Source: an uncultured Candidatus Saccharibacteria bacterium
GTDB lineage: Bacteria > Patescibacteriota > Minisyncoccia > Phycocordibacterales > UBA1006
Assembly: GCA_964350165.1 (NCBI GenBank)
Contig: CAYGJA010000001.1
Span: forward strand, 248,377-312,376
Reading direction: 5' to 3'
DNA length: 64,000 nucleotides
This document shows positions 8,994 through 16,790 of this stretch, in pieces (the stretch's first letter is position 1; the number at the start of each line of letters is the position of its first letter). The notes under the pieces are model-generated. The model made no database searches. It saw nothing but the letters and a program-made list of their open reading frames with translations, and had not been told where the DNA came from. A program made the translations under genes and the position numbers.

Positions 8994-9689
8994 TTACTTC
9001 TTTTCGTGTCGTTCGACGGCCTTGGATACGCTACCGATTACTCGACTGGCGGCCTCTTTGCCTCCGAGACCAAAAGCGATTCCACCAGCAATTGCAAACA
9101 TCGCAATGATGCCAGTAAAGAGCGTGAACAAGAACTGTTCACCAATTCGTAATTGCGTTAGTGCCAAGAGAATGGCAAAAATCCAAATTGCCCAACGAGC
9201 AACGGAAGCCAAAAAATTAGCCGCGTCCATGCCAGCTGCTTTGGCGCTACCCAATACAATTTTGTGAGTGATATTTCCAATCACCGAAGCCAACATCAAC
9301 ACCACTACCGCAATGAATACGTTAGGAATATAGAGCAAGACTTCGTTGAGGAATTGATTCAGTTGTTGCAATCCCAAGACGTCGAGAGCCAACACCAAAA
9401 AGATAATCACAATAAACCAATCCAAAAGTGTGCCTAGAAATTTTGAAGCAGAGAATTCGATGTCTGCTTTTTTCAGTGCATCATGTAGGCCGGTTGCCTG
9501 CAATGCCCTATCTAATTTCAAATGTCCGATCACATGATAGACAGCCTTGCCTACTAGTGATCCAATGAGAAGCCCTATTAAAAAAACCGCAATTGCAATA
9601 ATCACCTGTGGCAAAAAAGACACGACGGTCCCCCATACCAATTGAGATGAATCTGCGAGCGGCTGTATAAGTTCAAATGATGAAGCCAT
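8994..9689 (-). CDS. Membrane protein with conserved TM-helix repeats (MscS-related / mechanosensitive-channel-like small family)
   Basis: 231 aa, 5-6 TM helices with repeated G/A-rich helix motifs (IGLLIGSLVGKAV, ASVIGNITHKIVLGSAKAAG, IAGGIAFGLGGKEAASRVIG) as in the TM_helix repeat family. Confidence 0.45.
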   Translation of the reverse strand: MASSFELIQPLADSSQLVWGTVVSFLPQVIIAIAVFLIGLLIGSLVGKAVYHVIGHLKLDRALQATGLHDALKKADIEFSASKFLGTLLDWFIVIIFLVLALDVLGLQQLNQFLNEVLLYIPNVFIAVVVLMLASVIGNITHKIVLGSAKAAGMDAANFLASVARWAIWIFAILLALTQLRIGEQFLFTLFTGIIAMFAIAGGIAFGLGGKEAASRVIGSVSKAVERHEKK

Positions 9690-9742
9690 AAATCAGTGGT
9701 TATGAATAAATCCTAGCCTCTTTTATTTTATCATGCATCTGA

Positions 9743-10405
9743 CTAGCGTTTGTAATTAAAACGCAATTTGTCGACCAACAGGTCATGTGGGTAGTCAAAA
9801 ATATTACGCACCAATTTGTCATACATTTCGAGGCGGTACTTGAACTCGCTGGTTTCAAAAATAGAATACCGGAGCTCTTTGCCAATTTCGGCTTCGATTT
9901 CTTGGATGGTTTTTTCTACACTGGCTTTTTTGATATTGTCTCCGACAATCAACAGGTCGGCCATGCTCTCCCCTTCGTCCAGGAACACTCCTGCCAAAAC
10001 CAAGACCTTGAGGCGGCCAGCTTTGGCAAAACGCTGGATTAGGTCCTTGCCCTTGATCAACCCAACATCAATCAGTAGATTGCGCAGTGGTTCGACCAAT
10101 GACATTTTTTTATTGAGAAAATAACCCAAGGCTTTTTTGTTTCGCACCGATACTTTGCCGGTTTTGGTTTTTGATTCTATCTCAAAAGTAGCCTGCTTTT
10201 TTTCCAAAAAATCAGCCTTGAACAAAGACAGTAATTCTTTTTGGGCAATGGCTTTGGTAACCCGACTGCGCTTGACCACATCGTCCACGCTGTAGATTTC
10301 GTTCTCGTTGAACAAGAACAAACGCATGATTTTTACCCGAGCGGCACTGCCAATTATTTTTGCTAGTTCATCCATATCGCGCAGAGTATACCATGCAGGC
10401 ACCAT
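9743..10405 (-). CDS. Hypothetical protein (about 210-220 aa)
   Basis: Clean ORF, probable start MDELAKIIG. No recognisable domain. Confidence 0.4.
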   Translation of the reverse strand: MVPAWYTLRDMDELAKIIGSAARVKIMRLFLFNENEIYSVDDVVKRSRVTKAIAQKELLSLFKADFLEKKQATFEIESKTKTGKVSVRNKKALGYFLNKKMSLVEPLRNLLIDVGLIKGKDLIQRFAKAGRLKVLVLAGVFLDEGESMADLLIVGDNIKKASVEKTIQEIEAEIGKELRYSIFETSEFKYRLEMYDKLVRNIFDYPHDLLVDKLRFNYKR

Positions 10406-10422
10406 TGACGATTACCTGGTTT

Positions 10423-12336
10423 TTATATTGTTTCGATGACTTGTTGGAGGCGTTCGTTCAACGCATCCCGAGCAGCTGGAGTAATCTGGCGCAGCTTGGT
10501 CATGAATTCGATATAGGAAAAATGCGAATGCAATTGTTGCAATATATTGTCGGTCATAATTTGACGGCGCAAAGATTGATCTTCGCCCAAACCACCTCTC
10601 TTTTCGATTTGTTGCAATCGAGATAAAAACGAGCGACGCAAAATATCTGCAGTGGAATTTTTTATCTCATCAGCTTGTTCGAGATTGTTTGTGACTTCGA
10701 TTAATTGCCGCAGTCGAACACCCGCATCCGCCTCGGGACCAACCACCGGAAGCGTACCGTAGACCTCTCCTTCAACAATCAACCCCTGCCCTATGGTTTC
10801 GACAACAAAACGATGTTCTTGTCCAAAGCTGGTATTACCCGCTATGGTGGGTACGATTAATTCTTCCGAGGAACCAATCGGTTCGGTAGATTCGGCAGTT
10901 ATCTTAATAACCCCCACGTGGAACTCGCCCTCTCCAGTACCAGTTCCTTTTATTTCATACGTACCAGCCTGTGGATTATTGATAATAATTACCTTTGGAC
11001 CAAGAGGATCACCATCATCAAAATATTCGGCCTGGCCTCCTATTTGATTTGTTGTTTTACTGATCTTTTTTCCATCGGGGGCAATTACCTCTGGTGCTAT
11101 TGGTGAAGCGATAGTAAAAGCCAGGATTTCTTCGGGTTCATCTTCGTCTTCATATACTGAGCCGGGAATATTTTTTTGATTCAACACCTCGTGAACAATG
11201 GGAATGGCTTTTGTCACCACACTGCGATGTCCCGCATTATAGATATATTCCTGACGAACAGCGTCCCAACCGGGTATGGATTCGGTACCATATTCGAATG
11301 TTACCAAATCACAAGCATGCGCTGTCGGTATCAACCAAGACAACACGGGCGGCGGCCCAATAAAACAATCAAAGTTGGGGCGCGGCAATGGAAACATCAC
11401 ACTGCGCCCCAATACCGAACCGTCGCCAATTGGAGAATAGGCCACTCCACCATCTATTGGTCGGCCGTCCTGCCAACGTGCCGACCCAACGGTGCTCGTG
11501 TCTACCGCGATTCGCTCGATGGTGTCGTAACCGCGACCAGCCAGAATGGTCAGTTGCCCTACTCTGTCAGCAACATTGAGAATGCCTTCGTCTGAGTGCA
11601 AATCATTCCAGGTTGGCAGGAGCGGGTTTCGAGCTTGCATACCCTCGATGGGCAAATCAAGGCCCGTGGCAAAATCAACGAGATAATCATTGGTCGGAAG
11701 TAGTTCCTGAGTAGAGGGAATATCTTGCTGAATTAACTTGCGACGAGAAAAAGCCAAGTCGGGGCCAGCATAAGTAAGACCACGGTAGAAAAGAAAGGCT
11801 GCGGCTTGAGATTTCTCTCCCGTTTTCATATTCGGCGGAAACTGACCACCGCTCCACAAATAATACGCATCAACCGAACCATAATTCGGCGTAGCGATCA
11901 TAATAAAGTTCCGAATATCGTCTCGATAATCGTCGCTCTGAATATATCCCCGAGTAAACAATCCTCCCATACTGTGGGCAACAATATCCACCCAGTCTTC
12001 GTCTGGATTATTGAATAGAGCCTGATCAATAACCGGCAACAAATACTGCTGATAATTATCCTGATTAGATTGTCGCCAATCATAAAACGCCACAAAGAGA
12101 TCCTGGCCTCGAACATAACCCTCGTCTTCAAAAGATTGAATAAGTTGATCGTAAGTGTCGTCACCTAATGAAAATTCCCATTTATTTTCTAGCCCATGCC
12201 CCACAAACAAACCCCAATTCCAAGAAGCCAAATATCCTGGGACAATAATTACAGGAATCTTGTCTTGAGCTTTTGCACCCAAAGGAAAAAACACATAAGA
12301 AAAAAATATTAGGCAAAAGAATATTATTATTTTCAT
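10423..12336 (-). CDS. Secreted alpha/beta-hydrolase (lipase/esterase; LCAT/PGAP1-like) with large C-terminal extension
   Basis: Signal peptide MKIIIFFCLIFFSYVFFPLGAKA. PVIIVPGYLASW and nucleophile elbow AHSMGG (GxSxG) typical of lipase-like hydrolases. 637 aa. Confidence 0.65.
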   Translation of the reverse strand: MKIIIFFCLIFFSYVFFPLGAKAQDKIPVIIVPGYLASWNWGLFVGHGLENKWEFSLGDDTYDQLIQSFEDEGYVRGQDLFVAFYDWRQSNQDNYQQYLLPVIDQALFNNPDEDWVDIVAHSMGGLFTRGYIQSDDYRDDIRNFIMIATPNYGSVDAYYLWSGGQFPPNMKTGEKSQAAAFLFYRGLTYAGPDLAFSRRKLIQQDIPSTQELLPTNDYLVDFATGLDLPIEGMQARNPLLPTWNDLHSDEGILNVADRVGQLTILAGRGYDTIERIAVDTSTVGSARWQDGRPIDGGVAYSPIGDGSVLGRSVMFPLPRPNFDCFIGPPPVLSWLIPTAHACDLVTFEYGTESIPGWDAVRQEYIYNAGHRSVVTKAIPIVHEVLNQKNIPGSVYEDEDEPEEILAFTIASPIAPEVIAPDGKKISKTTNQIGGQAEYFDDGDPLGPKVIIINNPQAGTYEIKGTGTGEGEFHVGVIKITAESTEPIGSSEELIVPTIAGNTSFGQEHRFVVETIGQGLIVEGEVYGTLPVVGPEADAGVRLRQLIEVTNNLEQADEIKNSTADILRRSFLSRLQQIEKRGGLGEDQSLRRQIMTDNILQQLHSHFSYIEFMTKLRQITPAARDALNERLQQVIETI

Positions 12337-12824
12337 CAGCCAAAAAATCTAACCCCCATATATCCAACAAACCAAATATACAGACCAAAAGCAATAAGAA
12401 AGCCACTACTTATTATTAAAATTCTTAAAAAATGTGAACCCTTTTTTTTGTGGCTAAAAAAAAGATTATAAAAATATACGGGAAGCGAGAAAAATGTAAT
12501 TATTTCTATAAAAAAATTTGAATTAAAAACCTCACGCATTGTCTCACCATTATCAAGCGTCAAACGATTTAAACACAAATACCCCCACCAAAAGAGGGCG
12601 AACAAAACAACAAAAACCAGAAAGACTCCTAGTCGCGCTCGCCAGGAAACATGTTCTTTTTTTCGATAATGCCAGCGGAACCAACCATACGGCCCCCACA
12701 ACATCACCACCGCCAGGATGTTGACGGCAATGGCCAAGGCAATCTGTTGCCCAGAGGAAAGCGAGATAATATCCATCACTGTTTTCAGTATACCTGTCCA
12801 CCCCCCTAATCTCGAACAGCACAC
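12336..12824 (-). CDS. Hypothetical small membrane protein
   Basis: 162-aa ORF with about 4 TM helices. Start ATG overlaps start of the hydrolase gene (operon). Confidence 0.4.
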   Translation of the reverse strand: MCCSRLGGWTGILKTVMDIISLSSGQQIALAIAVNILAVVMLWGPYGWFRWHYRKKEHVSWRARLGVFLVFVVLFALFWWGYLCLNRLTLDNGETMREVFNSNFFIEIITFFSLPVYFYNLFFSHKKKGSHFLRILIISSGFLIAFGLYIWFVGYMGVRFFG

Positions 12825-12916
12825 CTTTCTACCTGTGAATTTCTCGTTTTTGAAATACGAACGATAACCTACAGCTAGCTACTTTTTTTGGATAGCTAAT
12901 CAAAGTTAATCTGACA

Positions 12917-12947
12917 AAAGCCCCCGCCCGGGGCTTTTTTTGGAATT
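12917..12947. terminator. GC hairpin + T-run (AGCCCCCGCCCGGGGCT TTTTTT), possible terminator/insulator
   Basis: 7-bp GC stem with T7 on plus strand. No upstream plus-strand gene, so role is uncertain. Confidence 0.35.
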
Positions 12948-12976
12948 TTTTATAGTATTAGTGATATACTAGTGTC

Positions 12977-13429
12977 ATGAAAGTACGGGACGTCATGAGA
13001 ATCGACATCGTCACCGTTCCTCACGGTCACACCTACGAGGACACTGCCCGATTGCTCCGGGAACACAAATTGTTTGGTGCTCCTATCGTCGACGACAATG
13101 GAAAAATGATCTCGATGATTACGGAAAAGGACCTGTTACGGGTCCTTTATCCTTTTGCCAAGAGCTACTACGAACAACCGGAGCAATACACCAATCTCGA
13201 AGACCGCGAACAAAAAATCCTAGAAATCAAAGGCGATGTGATTACCAAATTTGCTCCCGCCAGACACATCAGCGCCCACCAAGACGACCCGGTGCTCCGT
13301 ATTGGTGGCAAAATGCTCGCTCGTGGTATCCACGCCATGCCGGTCGTAGACAATGACGACAATTTGATTGGCGTAATTTTTCGCAACGACATCTACAACA
13401 AAATCGCCGAGGAGTACCTGAATATCTAA
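12977..13429 (+). CDS. CBS-domain pair protein
   Basis: 150 aa. Two CBS motifs (VMRIDIVTVPHGHTYEDTARLLREHKLFGAPIVDDNGKMISMITEKDLL and IGGKMLARGIHAMPVVDNDDNLIGVIFRNDI). Confidence 0.75.
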   Translation: MKVRDVMRIDIVTVPHGHTYEDTARLLREHKLFGAPIVDDNGKMISMITEKDLLRVLYPFAKSYYEQPEQYTNLEDREQKILEIKGDVITKFAPARHISAHQDDPVLRIGGKMLARGIHAMPVVDNDDNLIGVIFRNDIYNKIAEEYLNI

Positions 13430-13488
13430 AAAATCTTTCTCTTGACCTACAAGGTTAAAGATTGTATGGTTTTTTAAATGTTTATGAT

Positions 13489-14253
13489 ATGAAATACTTC
13501 TTCACGCTCTTCTTGAGCTTGAGCGCGACCTTGTCGCTGCTCGCTCAGGAAACCTTTTCGAAAGAAGGGGTAGTTTTTTTAGCCTACGCTGAGGGCGGAG
13601 TCTGGACCTTCGCCGCCCAATCGGTCCCAGCCTGGGCCGACAAGGACCCAGACCACAACACCGGCTGGTGGTCGACGGCTTCCTCCTCCCCATGCTTTAA
13701 AGTCGAAGTGGAGGCGACTACGGTCTCCATCTACCGAGACAGCTCTGCCGCCGGTTACCTCCTAGTGTTAAAACTCGGGGACTATGGGTCCGTAAGTCCC
13801 AATTTCGTTCTTCGCGCCTTCTTTGAAAGGGCGCGGAATTTGCGCCATTTCAAAAAACTCTTGAAACAAGAGGAGCCCCGACTGCCCGAGGGAGTCAGTC
13901 AGTACTCGTATTACTACCGAGACAACGACCGAGGAAAAGGAGTTGTTACTGTAGTAATAAGCTATGCAGTAACGACCTTTCCCAAGGCGTTAAATCAGCT
14001 GGAGGGACGGGAGACATGGCCCCTTATTCATGGAAGCAAAAAAGGGGTCATAACCAAAAAGGTGACCTTGGGAGAGGTCGACATAGTTGTCGTCGGAGGA
14101 AGGGATTCCACCCCCCAAGAGATCGCGCGCAGTTTGGCTCTCCACCTCCCATACGGGATAGAGAAAAAGGCACCAGATCTAATCCGGACCCTCTACAGAA
14201 AAAAAACAATCAAGGGCCTTCGTCAGGCCTTTGACAAGATAATGAAGGAGTAG
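13489..14253 (+). CDS. Hypothetical secreted protein
   Basis: Start at MKYFFTLFLSLSATLSLLAQ (signal peptide) inside ORF 13462..14253. No known domain. Confidence 0.45.
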   Translation: MKYFFTLFLSLSATLSLLAQETFSKEGVVFLAYAEGGVWTFAAQSVPAWADKDPDHNTGWWSTASSSPCFKVEVEATTVSIYRDSSAAGYLLVLKLGDYGSVSPNFVLRAFFERARNLRHFKKLLKQEEPRLPEGVSQYSYYYRDNDRGKGVVTVVISYAVTTFPKALNQLEGRETWPLIHGSKKGVITKKVTLGEVDIVVVGGRDSTPQEIARSLALHLPYGIEKKAPDLIRTLYRKKTIKGLRQAFDKIMKE

Positions 14254-14284
14254 AGCAATCCTCCGCTCCCCGCTCCACCTCCGC

Positions 14285-14352
14285 CCTATGGTCTTTGTGA
14301 CCATGGGGTGTGTTTTTTTGCAACAAAAAAACCTCTTGCGAGGTGTTTTTGT
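14285..14352. terminator. Convergent terminator region (two hairpins with T-runs) between 13489..14253(+) and rplL(-)
   Basis: CCATGGTC-tttgt-GACCATGG + GTGTGTTTTTTT (plus strand). ACACCTCGCAAGAGGTTTTTTT on minus strand after the rplL stop. Confidence 0.6.
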
Positions 14353-14382
14353 TTTGGGGATTTGGGGGATATGGAATTAAAG

Positions 14383-14922
14383 TTATTTCAATTCTACCTT
14401 TCCACCAGCTTCTTCGATCTTGGCTTTGATCGCTTCGGCTTCTTCTTTCTTGACTCCTTCCTTGATCACAGCAGGAATTCCTTCCACCAATTCCTTGGCT
14501 TCCTTGAGGCCGAGACCTAGGATTTCCTTGACTGCTTTCATGGTTGGGATCTTGGCACCACCGTCAGAAACAAGCTCGACCGTGAACTCGCTCTGTTCTT
14601 CGGCGGCTCCACCAGCAGCTGGGCCAGCAACGGCAACAGCGGCAGCAGATACACCAAATTTCTTTTCTAGAAGTTTGACCAATTCATTCAATTCAAGAAC
14701 AGACATATTCTCTACTTGTTCTACTAGGTCCTTGAACTTGGCAGGAACTTCTACGTCTGCACCAGCGTCATCGCTAGCATCATCGGCAGAAGTATCTTCT
14801 GTCTTGGTTTCTTCTTTTGGAGCTTCCTCGGTTGCAGTTTCTTCTGCAGCAGCGGGAGCTTCAGTGGTTACCTCTGGAGCAACTTCTTCTCCTTCTGGTT
14901 TTGTTACATCTTCTGACATCAT
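14383..14922 (-). CDS. rplL: 50S ribosomal protein L7/L12 with about 60-aa acidic low-complexity N-terminal extension
   Basis: C-terminal 115 aa align to canonical L12 ([39 protein letters not shown] ... [44 protein letters not shown]). Preceded by [60 protein letters not shown]. No alternative in-frame start before helix alpha1. Confidence 0.85.
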   Translation of the reverse strand: MMSEDVTKPEGEEVAPEVTTEAPAAAEETATEEAPKEETKTEDTSADDASDDAGADVEVPAKFKDLVEQVENMSVLELNELVKLLEKKFGVSAAAVAVAGPAAGGAAEEQSEFTVELVSDGGAKIPTMKAVKEILGLGLKEAKELVEGIPAVIKEGVKKEEAEAIKAKIEEAGGKVELK

Positions 14923-14953
14923 AATACGTATGTGATTATTCTGTGATTAGTAA

Positions 14954-15442
14954 TTAAGCTTTTGCTTCGGCAATCTGTCCGAGAACCGATACAAAACCTT
15001 GGATAGGTGAATTGATGACATTTACAAACATTCCTCGCAATACTGGTACTGGTGGAATGGTTGCGATATCCATCATTTCGTCTTGGTTTTTGTACATTCC
15101 TTCGAAGACTCCTCCAACAATTGCAATTTTGCCCTTGTGGTCTTCTGAAAAGGTATACACTTCGCGAGCTGGAGCAATCAAATCATCTGCATAGGCAACC
15201 GCGATTTCCCCCTCGAGAGGTGGAAGTTCGCCGGTGTAGTTCATGTCAGACAATGCCAAACGAAGAAGAGTTTTTTTGAGTACTTTGTACCCAATGCCTT
15301 CTTCGTATAGTTTGCTACGCAAGCTATCGATGTGATCAACAGTTAGTCCGTGAAAATTCACAAACACTGCTGATTGAGAATTTTGCAAAGACGAAGTAAC
15401 TTCGTCCAAAATCTCTTTCTTTTTTGCTTTGGTAATTGCCAT
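14954..15442 (-). CDS. rplJ: 50S ribosomal protein L10
   Basis: MAITKAKKKEILDEVTSSLQNSQSAVFVNFHGLTVDHIDSLRSKL... matches the L10 family. Immediately upstream of rplL. Confidence 0.85.
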   Translation of the reverse strand: MAITKAKKKEILDEVTSSLQNSQSAVFVNFHGLTVDHIDSLRSKLYEEGIGYKVLKKTLLRLALSDMNYTGELPPLEGEIAVAYADDLIAPAREVYTFSEDHKGKIAIVGGVFEGMYKNQDEMMDIATIPPVPVLRGMFVNVINSPIQGFVSVLGQIAEAKA

Positions 15443-15575
15443 AGTTTTTTCTTCAAATAAAAAAGCGGCTATGCCGCCGAGAGACACTACCTCTCAGTAT
15501 TCTGGAGATAGCAACCGACCGCTCGGCAGGGCTTATGAATGCCTGCTGTCTCTACGGCTTGCCCCAAAAATGTAT
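15443..15575 (-). promoter_or_regulatory. Structured rplJ leader with terminator-like hairpin (CGGCGGCATAGCCGC + T6) abutting the start codon
   Basis: Minus strand GGGGCAAGCCGTAGAGACAGCAGGCATTCATAAGCCCTGCCGAGCGGTCGGTTGC...GTCTCTCGGCGGCATAGCCGCTTTTTTATTTGAAGAAAAAACT-ATG. Several mutually exclusive pairings possible. Confidence 0.4.
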
Positions 15576-15711
15576 CACGCAAGCAATGGTGTGTCAATTA
15601 CAGCTCATGACCGTAATCAATTTGCAATACTGAAAAATTACTTTTTTATTATTGTATACTATTAATACTAGAAGCCCTTGAGGTTCGAAAATTATTATTA
15701 AAAACCGAACG

Positions 15712-16200
15712 GTGAAAATTTCTAATCCCTTAGACCCAGTTAGCGAACCTCAATTTCGTTGCAAAAAATGTAACAAACTTCTTGGCAAGAATTTGATGAC
15801 CTGTCCAGGTATCGAAATAAAATGCCTGCGTTGTGGATCTTTCAATTCTTTTCTTGAAAGATCGGTAGACCAAATAATAATTACTGACCCGAATGGAGTA
15901 ATTTTGTTTGCCAACAAAGCCGTCTTCGCCAACACTCTTTACTCTGCAAAGGAAATCTTAGGCAAAACTCCAGCCCTGTGGGGCGGAAATATGTCAAAAG
16001 AATTTTACCAAAACCTTTGGCAAACTATCAAAAACGAGAAAAAAACTTTTTTAGGTGTCGTCAGAAATGTCAAAAAAAACGGTGAAAGCTATCTCGCTAA
16101 CCTCAGAATTTCTCCGGTAACAAATATTTCAGGAGAAATTCAATTTTTCGTAGGAATAGAAAATAAAATACCTCACCAAAAACAAATCACATCATTATGA
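15712..16200 (+). CDS. Sensor-type protein: N-terminal Com-like zinc ribbon (RCKKCNKLL...IKCLRCG) fused to a PAS domain
   Basis: CxxC...CxxC spacing and flanking residues resemble the phage Mu Com zinc finger. Remainder (IIITDPNGVILFANKAVFANTLYSAKEILGKTPALW...) fits the PAS fold. No output domain. Confidence 0.55.
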   Translation: MKISNPLDPVSEPQFRCKKCNKLLGKNLMTCPGIEIKCLRCGSFNSFLERSVDQIIITDPNGVILFANKAVFANTLYSAKEILGKTPALWGGNMSKEFYQNLWQTIKNEKKTFLGVVRNVKKNGESYLANLRISPVTNISGEIQFFVGIENKIPHQKQITSL

Positions 16201-16691
16201 AAAAAGCCCCTTTCGATAAAAACGAAGAAGCTCGAATTGAATTATTAAAATCAAAAGGTTTAGAGAATCCAACGAGCGATACTCACTTTAACAAAATAAC
16301 CCAAAAAGCAAAAAAAACCCTAAATGTCGCAATTTGCACAGTGGCCATTCTCAACAAACAAGAAGAGATATTTTTGGCATGTGCGGGCACTTCTGACTCA
16401 AGAGGCCCTCGAGATATTTCTTTTTGTGGGCACGCCTTATTACAAGAGGACGTTTTAATTATTGAAGATACGCTGGAAGATATAAGGTTTAAAGACAATC
16501 CTTATGTTATCGGGGTTCCATTCGTGCGCTTCTATGCCGGCATGAGATTGCTGGACAAAAACACAGGACTACCACTTGGTGTTTTTTGCGTTAAAGATAC
16601 CATCCCTCGAAAATTAACCATGGAAGAGCTAGGATTGTTTTTAGAATATGCATCAGAATCAGAGAGATTGTTGCAAGACTTATTAAAATAA
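16197..16691 (+). CDS. Stand-alone GAF-domain protein
   Basis: Start overlaps PAS gene stop (ATGA). SFCGHALLQEDVLIIEDTLEDIRFKDNPYVIGVPFVRFYAGMRLL matches the GAF core. No output domain. Confidence 0.6.
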   Translation: MKKAPFDKNEEARIELLKSKGLENPTSDTHFNKITQKAKKTLNVAICTVAILNKQEEIFLACAGTSDSRGPRDISFCGHALLQEDVLIIEDTLEDIRFKDNPYVIGVPFVRFYAGMRLLDKNTGLPLGVFCVKDTIPRKLTMEELGLFLEYASESERLLQDLLK

Positions 16692-16790
16692 AGTCACTAC
16701 AAAACCTCAACCAACAACATCGCCCCTACCCCAGCCAACAACAAAAGCCCGAATAGAAAAACGTGTTTAAAAAAATCTCGATTAAACATA

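Noticed and set aside
12917-12947. GC hairpin + T7 as terminator of a plus-strand gene
   Set aside because: There is no plus-strand gene upstream. It is kept only as a low-confidence structural element, possibly a bidirectional insulator or part of the CBS-gene promoter region.
14420-14935. 171-aa plus-strand ORF rich in A/S/T
   Set aside because: Antisense to rplL and its low-complexity acidic extension, so it is a mirror-image artefact.
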